Assembly (NCBI GenBank): GCA_964547425.1
Contig: CAZJNH010000003.1
Span: 1-59,413 of the forward strand
Reading direction: 5' to 3'
DNA: 59,413 bases
From: an uncultured Candidatus Saccharibacteria bacterium
Lineage (GTDB): Bacteria > Patescibacteriota > Saccharimonadia > UBA4664 > CAZJNH01
Shown piece after piece: positions 9,255 through 16,901 of the stretch. Positions within the stretch are counted from its first letter, which is position 1, and each line of letters starts with the position of its first letter. The position numbers and the translations under genes were made by a program. The notes below the pieces were generated by a model that worked only from the letters and a program-made list of their open reading frames with translations, was not told the DNA's origin and searched no databases.

Positions 9255-9618
9255 ATCGTTCGGTCTGAAGTTACCGGCTGTGGTGATTGTTTTGGCGGCT
9301 TTGCTGCCGGCCGCTTACTTTTTCGGCACGTACCGGAGTATTGTTAACCGAGTTGACCCAAAAACCGTTGATCAAGAGACGCTTCCGGAGAGCGCCGCCG
9401 ATATCGTGAATAAATTAGTCGTGGTTCCGGGCGACGAGGCGCCGGAGCAGCTGACCGTGCCCAAGGCCTCGCATCTGCCGGCGAATTTTATATTTAAGCA
9501 GGCCCAGGAAAATGATATCGTCCTGCTTTACCAGCACGCAGGCCAGGCGATTTTATACCGCCCATCGACAGGGAAGATTATCGCGGAGTATCCGGCAGAC
9601 TCGTTTCGGAAGCGCTAG
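9241..9618 (+). CDS. small N-terminally membrane-anchored protein of the 'LYRPS..KII' family, paralog 2
   Basis: 125 aa with TM 'LPAVVIVLAALLPAAYFFG' and C-terminal 'IFKQAQENDIVLLYQHAGQAILYRPSTGKIIA'. The TTG/GTG start overlaps the stop of the GT-C paralog 2 gene by 14 nt. Confidence 0.55.
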   Translation: MVKNKSFGLKLPAVVIVLAALLPAAYFFGTYRSIVNRVDPKTVDQETLPESAADIVNKLVVVPGDEAPEQLTVPKASHLPANFIFKQAQENDIVLLYQHAGQAILYRPSTGKIIAEYPADSFRKR

Positions 9619-10321
9619 GCGGCTCAGTTGAACTTATCTTGAGGATTTTTATACAGCTTTCGAAAAAGACATGCCAACTTAGTTTGGAAATTCCAGTAAC
9701 GCGTTGAGTGAAGGTTATCGGTACTTCGCTGATCGAAAAACCTAACTGGCTGGCGTAGTAGGCGGTCTCAGGAAGGAAGACATAGCCAGCGGAATCCAGT
9801 CGGAGCTTGAGGATTTGGGTCAGTGCCTCCGGTTTCCAGCAGCGGTAGCCGGTGGTGGCGTCTTTGATCTTAAGGTTAAGGATTTGCCGGGCGTAGAGGT
9901 TTGCCATTCGGGACAGGATCCTCCGCCAAGTTTCCCACTTTTCGATCCGCCCGCCCGGTATGTAGCGCGAACCGATAACCAGGTCGGCGTCTTGTCGAAG
10001 CATTCGGGGGATGACTCTGGGGTCGTGTGAGAGATCGGCGTCCATCTGAATGACGCGGTCGGGATTCTGTTTGAGTGCCGCTCTGATACCGGCCAAACAT
10101 GCCGAGCCGTAGCCGGTTTTGCGGGAGCGGTGGACGACTTCGATTGGCCGTTTTTTGGCGAGGGTATCGAGAATATCCCCGGTGCCGTCAGGTGAATTAT
10201 CATCGACCGCGACCAGACGGAGATTGGGGACCCCAACTTTAAACAAACGCTCAACGTATTGGGTGATGTTTTCGGCCTCGTTGTAGGTCGGGATTACGAC
10301 CATGATCTTGGCGGGTTTCAT
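9578..10321 (-). CDS. polyprenol-phosphate sugar synthase (GT2, Dpm1/Ppm1-like dolichol-phosphate mannosyltransferase family)
   Basis: 'MVVIPTYNEAENI', 'VAVDDNSPDGTGD', 'QMDADLSHDP', 'VIGSRYIPGG' and 'DATTGYRCW' form the canonical GT2 Dpm1-type motif series. Confidence 0.85.
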   Translation of the reverse strand: MKPAKIMVVIPTYNEAENITQYVERLFKVGVPNLRLVAVDDNSPDGTGDILDTLAKKRPIEVVHRSRKTGYGSACLAGIRAALKQNPDRVIQMDADLSHDPRVIPRMLRQDADLVIGSRYIPGGRIEKWETWRRILSRMANLYARQILNLKIKDATTGYRCWKPEALTQILKLRLDSAGYVFLPETAYYASQLGFSISEVPITFTQRVTGISKLSWHVFFESCIKILKISSTEPPSASETSLPDTPR

Positions 10322-10341
10322 TTAGCCATTATACAAACCCG

Positions 10342-10370
10342 TTGCGAAGGATAAGAGTATTGGTTAGAAT
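10342..10370 (+). promoter_or_regulatory. sigma70-type promoter upstream of small-protein paralog 3
   Basis: TTGCGA(10342-10347)-17 nt-TAGAAT(10365-10370). Confidence 0.55.
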
Positions 10371-10384
10371 GTGGTAAAACAAAA

Positions 10385-10423
10385 AGCTTATCCAGATAGG
10401 GCGGATAAGCTATTAATTTTTTA
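10385..10423 (+). terminator. terminator-like hairpin inside the 5' leader of paralog 3
   Basis: A 9-bp perfect stem, AGCTTATCC(10385-10393)/GGATAAGCT(10403-10411), followed by the T-rich 'attaatttttta'. It lies between the promoter and the RBS/GTG at 10447. Confidence 0.45.
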
Positions 10424-10446
10424 CGGAACTAAACGAAGGAGGAGGA

Positions 10447-10848
10447 GTGTTCAAAAAGACCGCAATCGTAGTGCTCGTACTAGTTGTCGCAGGAGGTGCT
10501 GTCTTCGGAGCCAGCAAGTACAAGAAATTAAGGGATGAGAACAACAAGCTCAAGAACCCGCAGGAGCAGGCTCGGATCCAGACCGACAACCTGGTTAAAG
10601 ACGTAGGCAAGATTACCGTTTTGCCGACGGACGAAACCCCGACCGTCGCTACGGTGGCCGATGCTTCTAAGCTCAAGAACCAGGCGTTCTTCAAAGACGC
10701 CCAAAACGGTGACAAGGTGTTGATTTACACCAAGGCCAAGAAAGCGTATCTGTACCGCCCGTCGACCAACAAGATCATCGAGATCGCTCCGGTCAACATT
10801 GGCTCCAGTACTAAGTCTACGACCCCGGCAAAGACAACGACCAAGTAG
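10447..10848 (+). CDS. small N-terminally membrane-anchored protein of the 'LYRPS..KII' family, paralog 3
   Basis: 133 aa with TM 'TAIVVLVLVVAGGAVFGA' and C-terminal 'FFKDAQNGDKVLIYTKAKKAYLYRPSTNKIIE'. A strong SD 'GAAGGAGGAGGA' lies directly upstream of the GTG. Confidence 0.6.
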   Translation: MFKKTAIVVLVLVVAGGAVFGASKYKKLRDENNKLKNPQEQARIQTDNLVKDVGKITVLPTDETPTVATVADASKLKNQAFFKDAQNGDKVLIYTKAKKAYLYRPSTNKIIEIAPVNIGSSTKSTTPAKTTTK

Positions 10849-10862
10849 AGTTCGCAACTAGA

Positions 10863-10889
10863 AAGCGGTCGCCTTCGCGGCCGTTTTTT
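10863..10889 (+). terminator. intrinsic terminator
   Basis: AGCGGTCGC-CTTC-GCGGCCGTT hairpin (with G-U pairs) followed by TTTTTT. Confidence 0.7.
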
Positions 10890-10909
10890 AGTATATTTGT
10901 ACTTCGCGC

Positions 10910-10986
10910 GGGTCCTTAGCTCATTTGGTTAGAGCGCTTCCTTGACGTGGAAGAGGTGACTGGTTCGAATCCAGTAGGACCCACCA
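10910..10986 (+). tRNA. tRNA-Val (anticodon GAC), CCA encoded
   Basis: Acceptor stem GGGTCCT/AGGACCC, anticodon stem CTTCC/GGAAG with loop TTGACGT, T-arm ACTGG-TTCGAAT-CCAGT, 3' ACCA. Confidence 0.93.
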
Positions 10987-10989
10987 TTC

Positions 10990-11065
10990 GGACCTGTGGC
11001 TCAGCGGTTAGAGCACTGCATTCACATTGCAGGGGTCGTTGGTTCGAATCCAACCAGGTCCACCA
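10990..11065 (+). tRNA. tRNA-Val (anticodon CAC), CCA encoded
   Basis: Acceptor stem GGACCTG/CAGGTCC, anticodon stem CTGCA/TGCAG with loop TTCACAT, T-arm GTTGG-TTCGAAT-CCAAC, 3' ACCA. Confidence 0.93.
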
Positions 11066-11096
11066 GAATTTATTCCTCATACGCTATACTGTCTTT

Positions 11097-12944
11097 ATGC
11101 CTGACAAAGCCAAAAAACCAGTCGATTTGGAATCCTTACGCCATACCCTGGCGCATACTTTGGCGGCCGCGGTGCAGTTGATGTATCCGAAAACCAAGTT
11201 TGGTGTCGGTCCGACGGTTGAGGACGGTTTTTACTATGATCTAGATCCGGGGGTAACAATTTCGCCCGAGGATTTGCCAAAGATCGAAGCCAAAATGAGA
11301 AAGCTGATTGAGCAAGATCTGCGGCTGGAGCGCTTTGACCTCAAGATTGACGCGGCGATCAAACGCTACGAAGCGGAAAAGCAGCCCTACAAAGTCGAGC
11401 TGCTAAAAGATTTGAAACAGCACGGGACGACCAGCCAAAAAGAGATAAGCGTAACAGATATGGGAGTGGAAAAGGTTGTTGATAAAGTTACAACTGTATC
11501 CTTCTATCGGCTGGGGAAATTCGAAGATCTCTGTAGGGGTCCGCACTTGGATTCGACCGGGCAAATTGGTGCCTTCAAACTATTGCGGGTCTCGGGGGCG
11601 TATTGGCGAGGCAACGAGAAAAATCCTCAACTCCAGCGCATTTACGGTGCCGCCTTTGCAACCGATAAAGAACTCGCCGATTATCTGAAAATGCTCGAAG
11701 AGGCCGAGAAGCGGGACCACCGTAAGCTAGGAAAAGACTTAGACCTATTTGTGTTTTCCGATTTAGTTGGTTCAGGCTTACCGCTATGGACCCCTCGAGG
11801 AACGATCCTGCGAACTGAGGTTGATCGCTACGTCCAATCACTGCGCGGTCAGTATGGCTACGAAGAAGTGGCGATTCCGCACATCACTAAGAAAGACTTA
11901 TACGAAAAAAGCGGCCACTGGGCCAAGTTCGCCGACGAACTCTTCAGAATAAAGACTCGCGAGGGCCACGAGTTTGCGATGAAGCCGATGAACTGCCCGC
12001 ACCACGCCCAGATCTACGCCAGCCGCCAGCGCAGTTACCGAGATTTGCCGATCCGCTACCGGGAGACGACGATGGTTTACCGAGACGAGCAGTCGGGTGA
12101 GCTCGGTGGTTTGTCTCGAGTCAGAGCTATTACTCAGGACGATGCCCACGTCTTTTGCCGCAAAGATCAAGTCAAAGACGAGGTACTTAAGATCTGGGAC
12201 ATTGTCGAGAAATTTTACAAGACTATGGGTATGCCGGTGCGACTAAGACTATCTCTACATGACCCGGCTGAGAAGCAGGCCTATCTCGGCGATGAAAAAA
12301 TGTGGAAGGAGCTTGAGGGTGAACTAAAGGCTTTGGCCGACAAGAAGGTTAAAAAATATGAGGTTGGGATTGGCGAAGCTGCTTTCTACGGTCCGAAACT
12401 CGACTTTATGGCCAAGGACGCCATTGGCCGGGAGCATCAAGTGGCCACCATCCAACTCGACTTCAACCAACCCGAAGGCTTTGATTTGACCTGCGTAAAC
12501 GAGAAGAGTGAAGCGGAACGGATTGTCATGATCCATGCCGCCATCGCCGGCTCCTTCGAGCGTTTCTTGGCGGTCGTCATTGAGCATTTCGCGGGCAAGT
12601 TCCCGCTGTGGCTGTCGCCGGAGCAAGTTAGGCTGATTGTCGTCAATGACACAAAGTCCTTAGCTAAATTCGCTAGCACCATTGAGACCCAGCTAAACCA
12701 GGCGGGTTTGAGAGTCTCGGTCGACAGCTCGAATGAATCGGTCGGCCGCAAGATCCGCGAGGCTGAATTGATGAAGGTGCCTTATACGCTAGTGGTCGGA
12801 GACAAAGAGGCCAAAAGTGGGAAGGTTACTCCAAGAATTAGATCGGAGCATGGTTCCGAGAATCCAAAAGAGATCAGCATCGGCCAATTCATCGCCACCC
12901 TCGCAACCGAATACGAATCCCGCGCCCCCCGCTCGAGCCTGTAA
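11097..12944 (+). CDS. thrS: threonine--tRNA ligase, short form lacking the N-terminal TGS domain
   Basis: Starts 'MPDKAKKPVDLESLRHTLAHTLAAA' (the SAD/editing HxxxH motif is at residue ~15). Class II motifs 'FAMKPMNCPHH', 'YRDEQSGELGGLSRVRAITQDDAHVF' and 'GPKLDF' are present, followed by an anticodon-binding C-terminus. The ORF-track start at 10947 is rejected because it runs through two tRNA genes. Confidence 0.92.
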   Translation: MPDKAKKPVDLESLRHTLAHTLAAAVQLMYPKTKFGVGPTVEDGFYYDLDPGVTISPEDLPKIEAKMRKLIEQDLRLERFDLKIDAAIKRYEAEKQPYKVELLKDLKQHGTTSQKEISVTDMGVEKVVDKVTTVSFYRLGKFEDLCRGPHLDSTGQIGAFKLLRVSGAYWRGNEKNPQLQRIYGAAFATDKELADYLKMLEEAEKRDHRKLGKDLDLFVFSDLVGSGLPLWTPRGTILRTEVDRYVQSLRGQYGYEEVAIPHITKKDLYEKSGHWAKFADELFRIKTREGHEFAMKPMNCPHHAQIYASRQRSYRDLPIRYRETTMVYRDEQSGELGGLSRVRAITQDDAHVFCRKDQVKDEVLKIWDIVEKFYKTMGMPVRLRLSLHDPAEKQAYLGDEKMWKELEGELKALADKKVKKYEVGIGEAAFYGPKLDFMAKDAIGREHQVATIQLDFNQPEGFDLTCVNEKSEAERIVMIHAAIAGSFERFLAVVIEHFAGKFPLWLSPEQVRLIVVNDTKSLAKFASTIETQLNQAGLRVSVDSSNESVGRKIREAELMKVPYTLVVGDKEAKSGKVTPRIRSEHGSENPKEISIGQFIATLATEYESRAPRSSL

Positions 12945-13516
12945 TGGGCAATATCTACCTCGTTCGTCATGGCCAGGACGAAGACAATGCTGAAGGGCTG
13001 CTGAATGGTCACCGCGATAGACCACTGACCGAACTAGGACGACAACAGGCGGCGATAGTCGCGGAGAAGCTCAGGGCTAATGCTATAGATGTGATCTACT
13101 CCTCGCCGCTACAAAGAGCCAAAGCAACAGCGGATACCATCGGCAAGGCTATTGATAAGCCGGTGGAAGTGTTACCGGATTTAATAGAGCGCGACTTTGG
13201 GGTACTTACAGGCAAGCCGGCTATCGATATTCCCAAGTACAGTCAAAAGACTTTGCAAACGGAAGTAGTTAATTACTTCCTGGAAGCTGAGGGCGCGGAG
13301 GATTTCCCGACTCTACTCCGGAGGGCGAAAAAGATATTAGCCTATGTTCAGTCCAGACATCCTAAGGAGAATGTACTGCTCGTAGCGCACGGTGATATAG
13401 GCAAGATGATAAGAGCGGCTTATCACAACTGGGACTGGCTGAAGGCTCTTAAAACCCCGTATTTCGATAACACTCATATCCTCGACTTGATGTCAGACAA
13501 AGATGTTGTCGAATAG
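12944..13516 (+). CDS. histidine phosphatase family protein (phosphoglycerate mutase-like)
   Basis: N-terminal 'IYLVRHGQDEDN' (RHG motif) and a later 'LLVAHGD'. The ATG overlaps the thrS stop (TAATG). Confidence 0.8.
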   Translation: MGNIYLVRHGQDEDNAEGLLNGHRDRPLTELGRQQAAIVAEKLRANAIDVIYSSPLQRAKATADTIGKAIDKPVEVLPDLIERDFGVLTGKPAIDIPKYSQKTLQTEVVNYFLEAEGAEDFPTLLRRAKKILAYVQSRHPKENVLLVAHGDIGKMIRAAYHNWDWLKALKTPYFDNTHILDLMSDKDVVE

Positions 13517-13820
13517 CCGCTTTAAGGAGGATGTTTATACGATAGTGAGGCAGATTCCGCACGGGCGGGTGATGACTTATGGGCAGATCGCGGCGCTGTG
13601 CGGCAGCCCGCGGGCCGCTCGACAGGTCGGGCAAGTGGCGCATTGGGGGCCGATGGATTTGCCATGGCAGAGGGTTGTGAATAAGGATGGCGGTTTGGCT
13701 CGCGGATACACTACCGGTGGACTAGAGGCGCATAAGCGCGCACTGGAAGCCGATGGCGTTGAGGTCAAAGGCTATCGAGTTAATGTTGAGGAACTACTTT
13801 GGTGGCCTCCGAAAAGCTAG
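13503..13820 (+). CDS. MGMT-family DNA-binding protein without the acceptor cysteine (alkyltransferase-like, YbaZ/ATL type)
   Basis: 'IPHGRVMTYGQIAALCGSPRAARQVGQV' followed by 'LPWQRVVNKDG', where O6-alkylguanine transferases have 'PCHRV'. Confidence 0.75.
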   Translation: MLSNSRFKEDVYTIVRQIPHGRVMTYGQIAALCGSPRAARQVGQVAHWGPMDLPWQRVVNKDGGLARGYTTGGLEAHKRALEADGVEVKGYRVNVEELLWWPPKS

Positions 13821-14671
13821 TTGCCATTGTTGGGCCGACGGCGAGCGGGAAGTCAGACTTAGCGATTGAGCTAGCGGAGAAGTTTGATGGTGAAATTATC
13901 TGCGCCGATTCGCGGACCGTTTATAAAGGCATGGACATCGGGACCGCTAAGCCTACGAAGGAAGATCAGGCGAGAGTTCGGCACCATCTGGTGGATTTAG
14001 TTGAGCCCGGAGAAGCATTCAGCGTCGCGGACTTTAAGCGGATGGCGGAGCAGGCGATTGCAGATATTCAAGCTAGAGGTAAAGTGCCGATTATCGTTGG
14101 CGGCAGTGGTTTATACATAAGCGTGTTGTTGTACGATTTTCAACTGCTGCCTCCCGCCGACCACGCTTTCCGCCAACAGCTCGAGGAGCTAACAACCCCA
14201 CAATTGATCGAGAAACTGGAGCAAGTAGACCCCGATTCGGCCGCCGCCATCGATACCAAAAATCGGCGCCGGGTGATCCGCGCGATTGAAACCGCAGGGC
14301 TGCCAAAGGTTCGGCTAACAGCCCTCCGACCAAATTGTTTGCTCATTGGAATCGGCCTGAACAAAGAAATTCTGCGGCAACGAATCACCGAAAGAGCCGA
14401 TAAAATGATTGCGCGGGGACTGCTAGATGAGGTCCGATTTCTTGGAGAAAAATACGGCTGGGACAGCGAAGCGATGACAGGGATTGGTTACCGGGTGTTC
14501 AAGCGAGCGGCACTTGGCGAACAGATGGTCGACGAAGCCAAACAGCAGTTTATCAAAGGCGATATCGCCTTAGCCAAGAAGCAAATGACTTGGTTTAATC
14601 GCGACAAAAACATTCAGTGGATCGAATCTCCTACGGAGGCGGCAGACCTAGTTAAAAAGTTTTTAGGCTAA
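13799..14671 (+). CDS. miaA: tRNA dimethylallyltransferase
   Basis: P-loop 'IVGPTASGKSDLAIELA' and 'IICADSRTVYKGMDIGTAKPT'. Typical ~290 aa length. TTG/GTG start. Confidence 0.9.
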   Translation: MVASEKLVAIVGPTASGKSDLAIELAEKFDGEIICADSRTVYKGMDIGTAKPTKEDQARVRHHLVDLVEPGEAFSVADFKRMAEQAIADIQARGKVPIIVGGSGLYISVLLYDFQLLPPADHAFRQQLEELTTPQLIEKLEQVDPDSAAAIDTKNRRRVIRAIETAGLPKVRLTALRPNCLLIGIGLNKEILRQRITERADKMIARGLLDEVRFLGEKYGWDSEAMTGIGYRVFKRAALGEQMVDEAKQQFIKGDIALAKKQMTWFNRDKNIQWIESPTEAADLVKKFLG

Positions 14672-14680
14672 ACTAGTCCT

Positions 14681-16039
14681 ATGCCAACGTTCGTAACGGT
14701 AGCGATCGCCAAATTTATTCTGAACTTTAACCGCTGGTTTGGGCTCGGCGGCGGCTCGGCTTTGCCTGGTTTGGTGGCCGAAAACCTCGACCCCAAGATC
14801 CTCAAAAAGCTGGCTCGCCGGATTCCTAAAGGCTCAATCATCATCACCGGTACCAATGGGAAGACGACAACCACTAAAATGGCGGCGGAGATTTTGCGCG
14901 ATCACGGCCTAGAGCCGATCACCAATTCCGGCGGTTCCAACTTGAGCCGTGGAATCGTTTCGACGCTAATCGAACGAGCCAAGTTTTTCGGTATTCGAGG
15001 CAAAATCGGATTGTTTGAAGTTGATGAGGCAGCCATGCCGGAGGTGGCGGCCGCGGTGAAGCCGGGCGTGATCATTGTCCTGAACCTGTTTCGTGACCAG
15101 CTGGACCGTTACGGTGAACTCGACCGGACAGCCAGTTTAATCGGCGGAGCTATCGCCGCGACTTCAGCTAAGGTTTATCTCAACGCCGACGATCCGCTGG
15201 TAGCATCGTTGGCCAAGTACGCCAGAAAGCCCGACAAAGTCCGCTACTTCGGCATCAACTCGACCAAATCCCAAAAGCTTAAAAACGACCACACGGCAGA
15301 CTCGATCCACTGCCCGGTCGACGGCAAGCCGCTGAAATACTCGACCGAATTCTTCGCCCACGTTGGACATTACAGCTGTCCTAGTCGCGACTTTAAGCGG
15401 CCCAGCCCACAGATTGCCGAAACAGGTATCAAGCTGCAGCTGCCTGGGCTGTACAACCTCTACAACGCTTTGGGCGCGTTGGCTGTCGCCGACGCGCTTG
15501 AGTTTGAACGTGCCAAATCTATCCAGGTTCTGGAAAAAGTGGCGGCTGCGTTTGGCAGGGTCGAAAAGGTTAGCATCGACGGCAAAGAAATTTACTTAAT
15601 GCTGATCAAAAACCCGACAGGGTTCAACCAAATCATCCAGACTTTTTTTACCTCCCCGTCATTGCGAGGAGGTACGACGAAGCAATCTGGAAGATCGCCG
15701 CGCTCCGCTCGCGATGACATTAAGGTTTTGATCGCAATCAACGACAATTTTGCAGATGGGCGGGACGTCTCGTGGTTATGGGATGCCGCGCTAGAGGAGT
15801 TTACCGGGAAGAAGCTAGAGGTTATAACGTCTGGCACCAGAGCGTATGACATGGCGCTGCGGTTAAAGTACGCCGAGGTTAAGGCCGAGGCTGAGATGGA
15901 TTTGGATACTGCGGTCGAGAAGTTTTTGCGTGGAGTGAAGAAAGGCGAAACTGCTTACATCCTGCCAACTTATACATCAATGCTGGCCATCCGCAAAATG
16001 ATTGCAACCCGCGCGGGCCTGGAAGGATTCTGGAAATGA
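14681..16039 (+). CDS. murT: Mur-ligase-family lipid II isoglutaminyl synthase subunit MurT
   Basis: 'ITGTNGKTTTTKM' ATP-binding loop, 'LFRDQLDRYGELD', and a C-terminal DUF1727-like 'NDNFADGRDVSWLWD'. It is immediately followed by, and overlaps, gatD. Confidence 0.85.
   Translation: MPTFVTVAIAKFILNFNRWFGLGGGSALPGLVAENLDPKILKKLARRIPKGSIIITGTNGKTTTTKMAAEILRDHGLEPITNSGGSNLSRGIVSTLIERAKFFGIRGKIGLFEVDEAAMPEVAAAVKPGVIIVLNLFRDQLDRYGELDRTASLIGGAIAATSAKVYLNADDPLVASLAKYARKPDKVRYFGINSTKSQKLKNDHTADSIHCPVDGKPLKYSTEFFAHVGHYSCPSRDFKRPSPQIAETGIKLQLPGLYNLYNALGALAVADALEFERAKSIQVLEKVAAAFGRVEKVSIDGKEIYLMLIKNPTGFNQIIQTFFTSPSLRGGTTKQSGRSPRSARDDIKVLIAINDNFADGRDVSWLWDAALEEFTGKKLEVITSGTRAYDMALRLKYAEVKAEAEMDLDTAVEKFLRGVKKGETAYILPTYTSMLAIRKMIATRAGLEGFWK
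15658..15718. repeat. short palindromic (MITE-like) element embedded in-frame in murT
   Basis: Terminal inverted repeats GTCATTGCGAG (15658-15668) and CTCGCGATGAC (15708-15718), 10 of 11 complementary. It encodes the low-complexity insert 'SLRGGTTKQSGRSPRSARDD' between conserved MurT blocks. Confidence 0.6.
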
Positions 16040-16752
16040 AGCTGACGATTGCGCATTTGTATCCGCAGGAGATGAACATTTACGGCGACCGCGGGAATGT
16101 CATCACATTGCTCAAGCGATGCGAGTGGCGGGGAATCGAAACCGAGCTGAAGTTGGTTGGGCCGGGCGACAAGTTTGACTTTAGTTCAGCCGACATTGTT
16201 TTTGGCGGAGGCGGGCAGGACCGGGGCCAGTTGTTGATCGGTGAAGATCTGTTGAAGCGCGAAAAGAACCTTAAACAAGCGGCCGACGAGGGAGTGTCGA
16301 TGCTTCTAGTCTGCGGACTGTACCAATTGTTCGGCCGCGGTTTTACGACCATCGAAGGCCATGAGATTCCGGGCATCAATGTCTTTGCTGCACGGACGGT
16401 CGGCTCGGAGCACCGGATGATCGGCAACATCATTGTCGACAGTAAATTTGGCAAGCTGGTTGGGTTTGAAAATCATAGCGGCGAGACTTTCTTGGATGAT
16501 GGCCAGGCTTCGATAGGCAAGGTCGAGCAGGGATGGGGGAACGATTATGAATCGGGGTTTGAAGGAGCGATTACCAAGAACGCGATCGGGACTTATTTGC
16601 ACGGGCCGATTTTGCCGAAGAACCCAGTCCTGGCTGACCATCTTATCCTGACTGCCTTACGGCGTCGCTACGGCGACAAAACTCAACTCAAAGAACTCGA
16701 CGACTCGCTGGAGCACAAAGCCGCGCAGACCGCCGCTAAACGGCCGCAGTAA
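16036..16752 (+). CDS. gatD: glutamine amidotransferase subunit GatD (CobQ/CobB-type GATase) of lipid II isoglutaminyl synthase
   Basis: 'MKLTIAHLYPQEMNIYGDRGNV', 'LLVCGLYQLFG' (nucleophile Cys) and 'GTYLHGPILPKNP'. It overlaps the murT stop by 4 nt. Confidence 0.85.
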   Translation: MKLTIAHLYPQEMNIYGDRGNVITLLKRCEWRGIETELKLVGPGDKFDFSSADIVFGGGGQDRGQLLIGEDLLKREKNLKQAADEGVSMLLVCGLYQLFGRGFTTIEGHEIPGINVFAARTVGSEHRMIGNIIVDSKFGKLVGFENHSGETFLDDGQASIGKVEQGWGNDYESGFEGAITKNAIGTYLHGPILPKNPVLADHLILTALRRRYGDKTQLKELDDSLEHKAAQTAAKRPQ

Positions 16753-16865
16753 TCGAAAAGGGAACGACCCTTCTTCGTCTAGAGAATTATTACTTGGATT
16801 GTTAAGGGTCGCACCCTTTCCGAAGAGCGCTCGTCAACAAGGTCGGACCTTATTCAAACTAAAAA

Positions 16866-16889
16866 AGTCCGCGGGTCGCGGACTTTTTT
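16866..16889. terminator. bidirectional intrinsic terminator between convergent genes
   Basis: AAAAAAGTCCGCG-GGT-CGCGGACTTTTTT: an 8-bp GC stem flanked by an A-tract and a T-tract. Confidence 0.85.
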
Positions 16890-16901
16890 AGTGCAAAGAG
16901 T

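Noticed and set aside
10947-11096. N-terminal extension of the thrS ORF (ORF-track start 10947) and the small ORF 10996..11181
   Set aside because: The extension is translated straight through two well-formed tRNA-Val genes. The conserved ThrRS sequence begins at ATG 11097.
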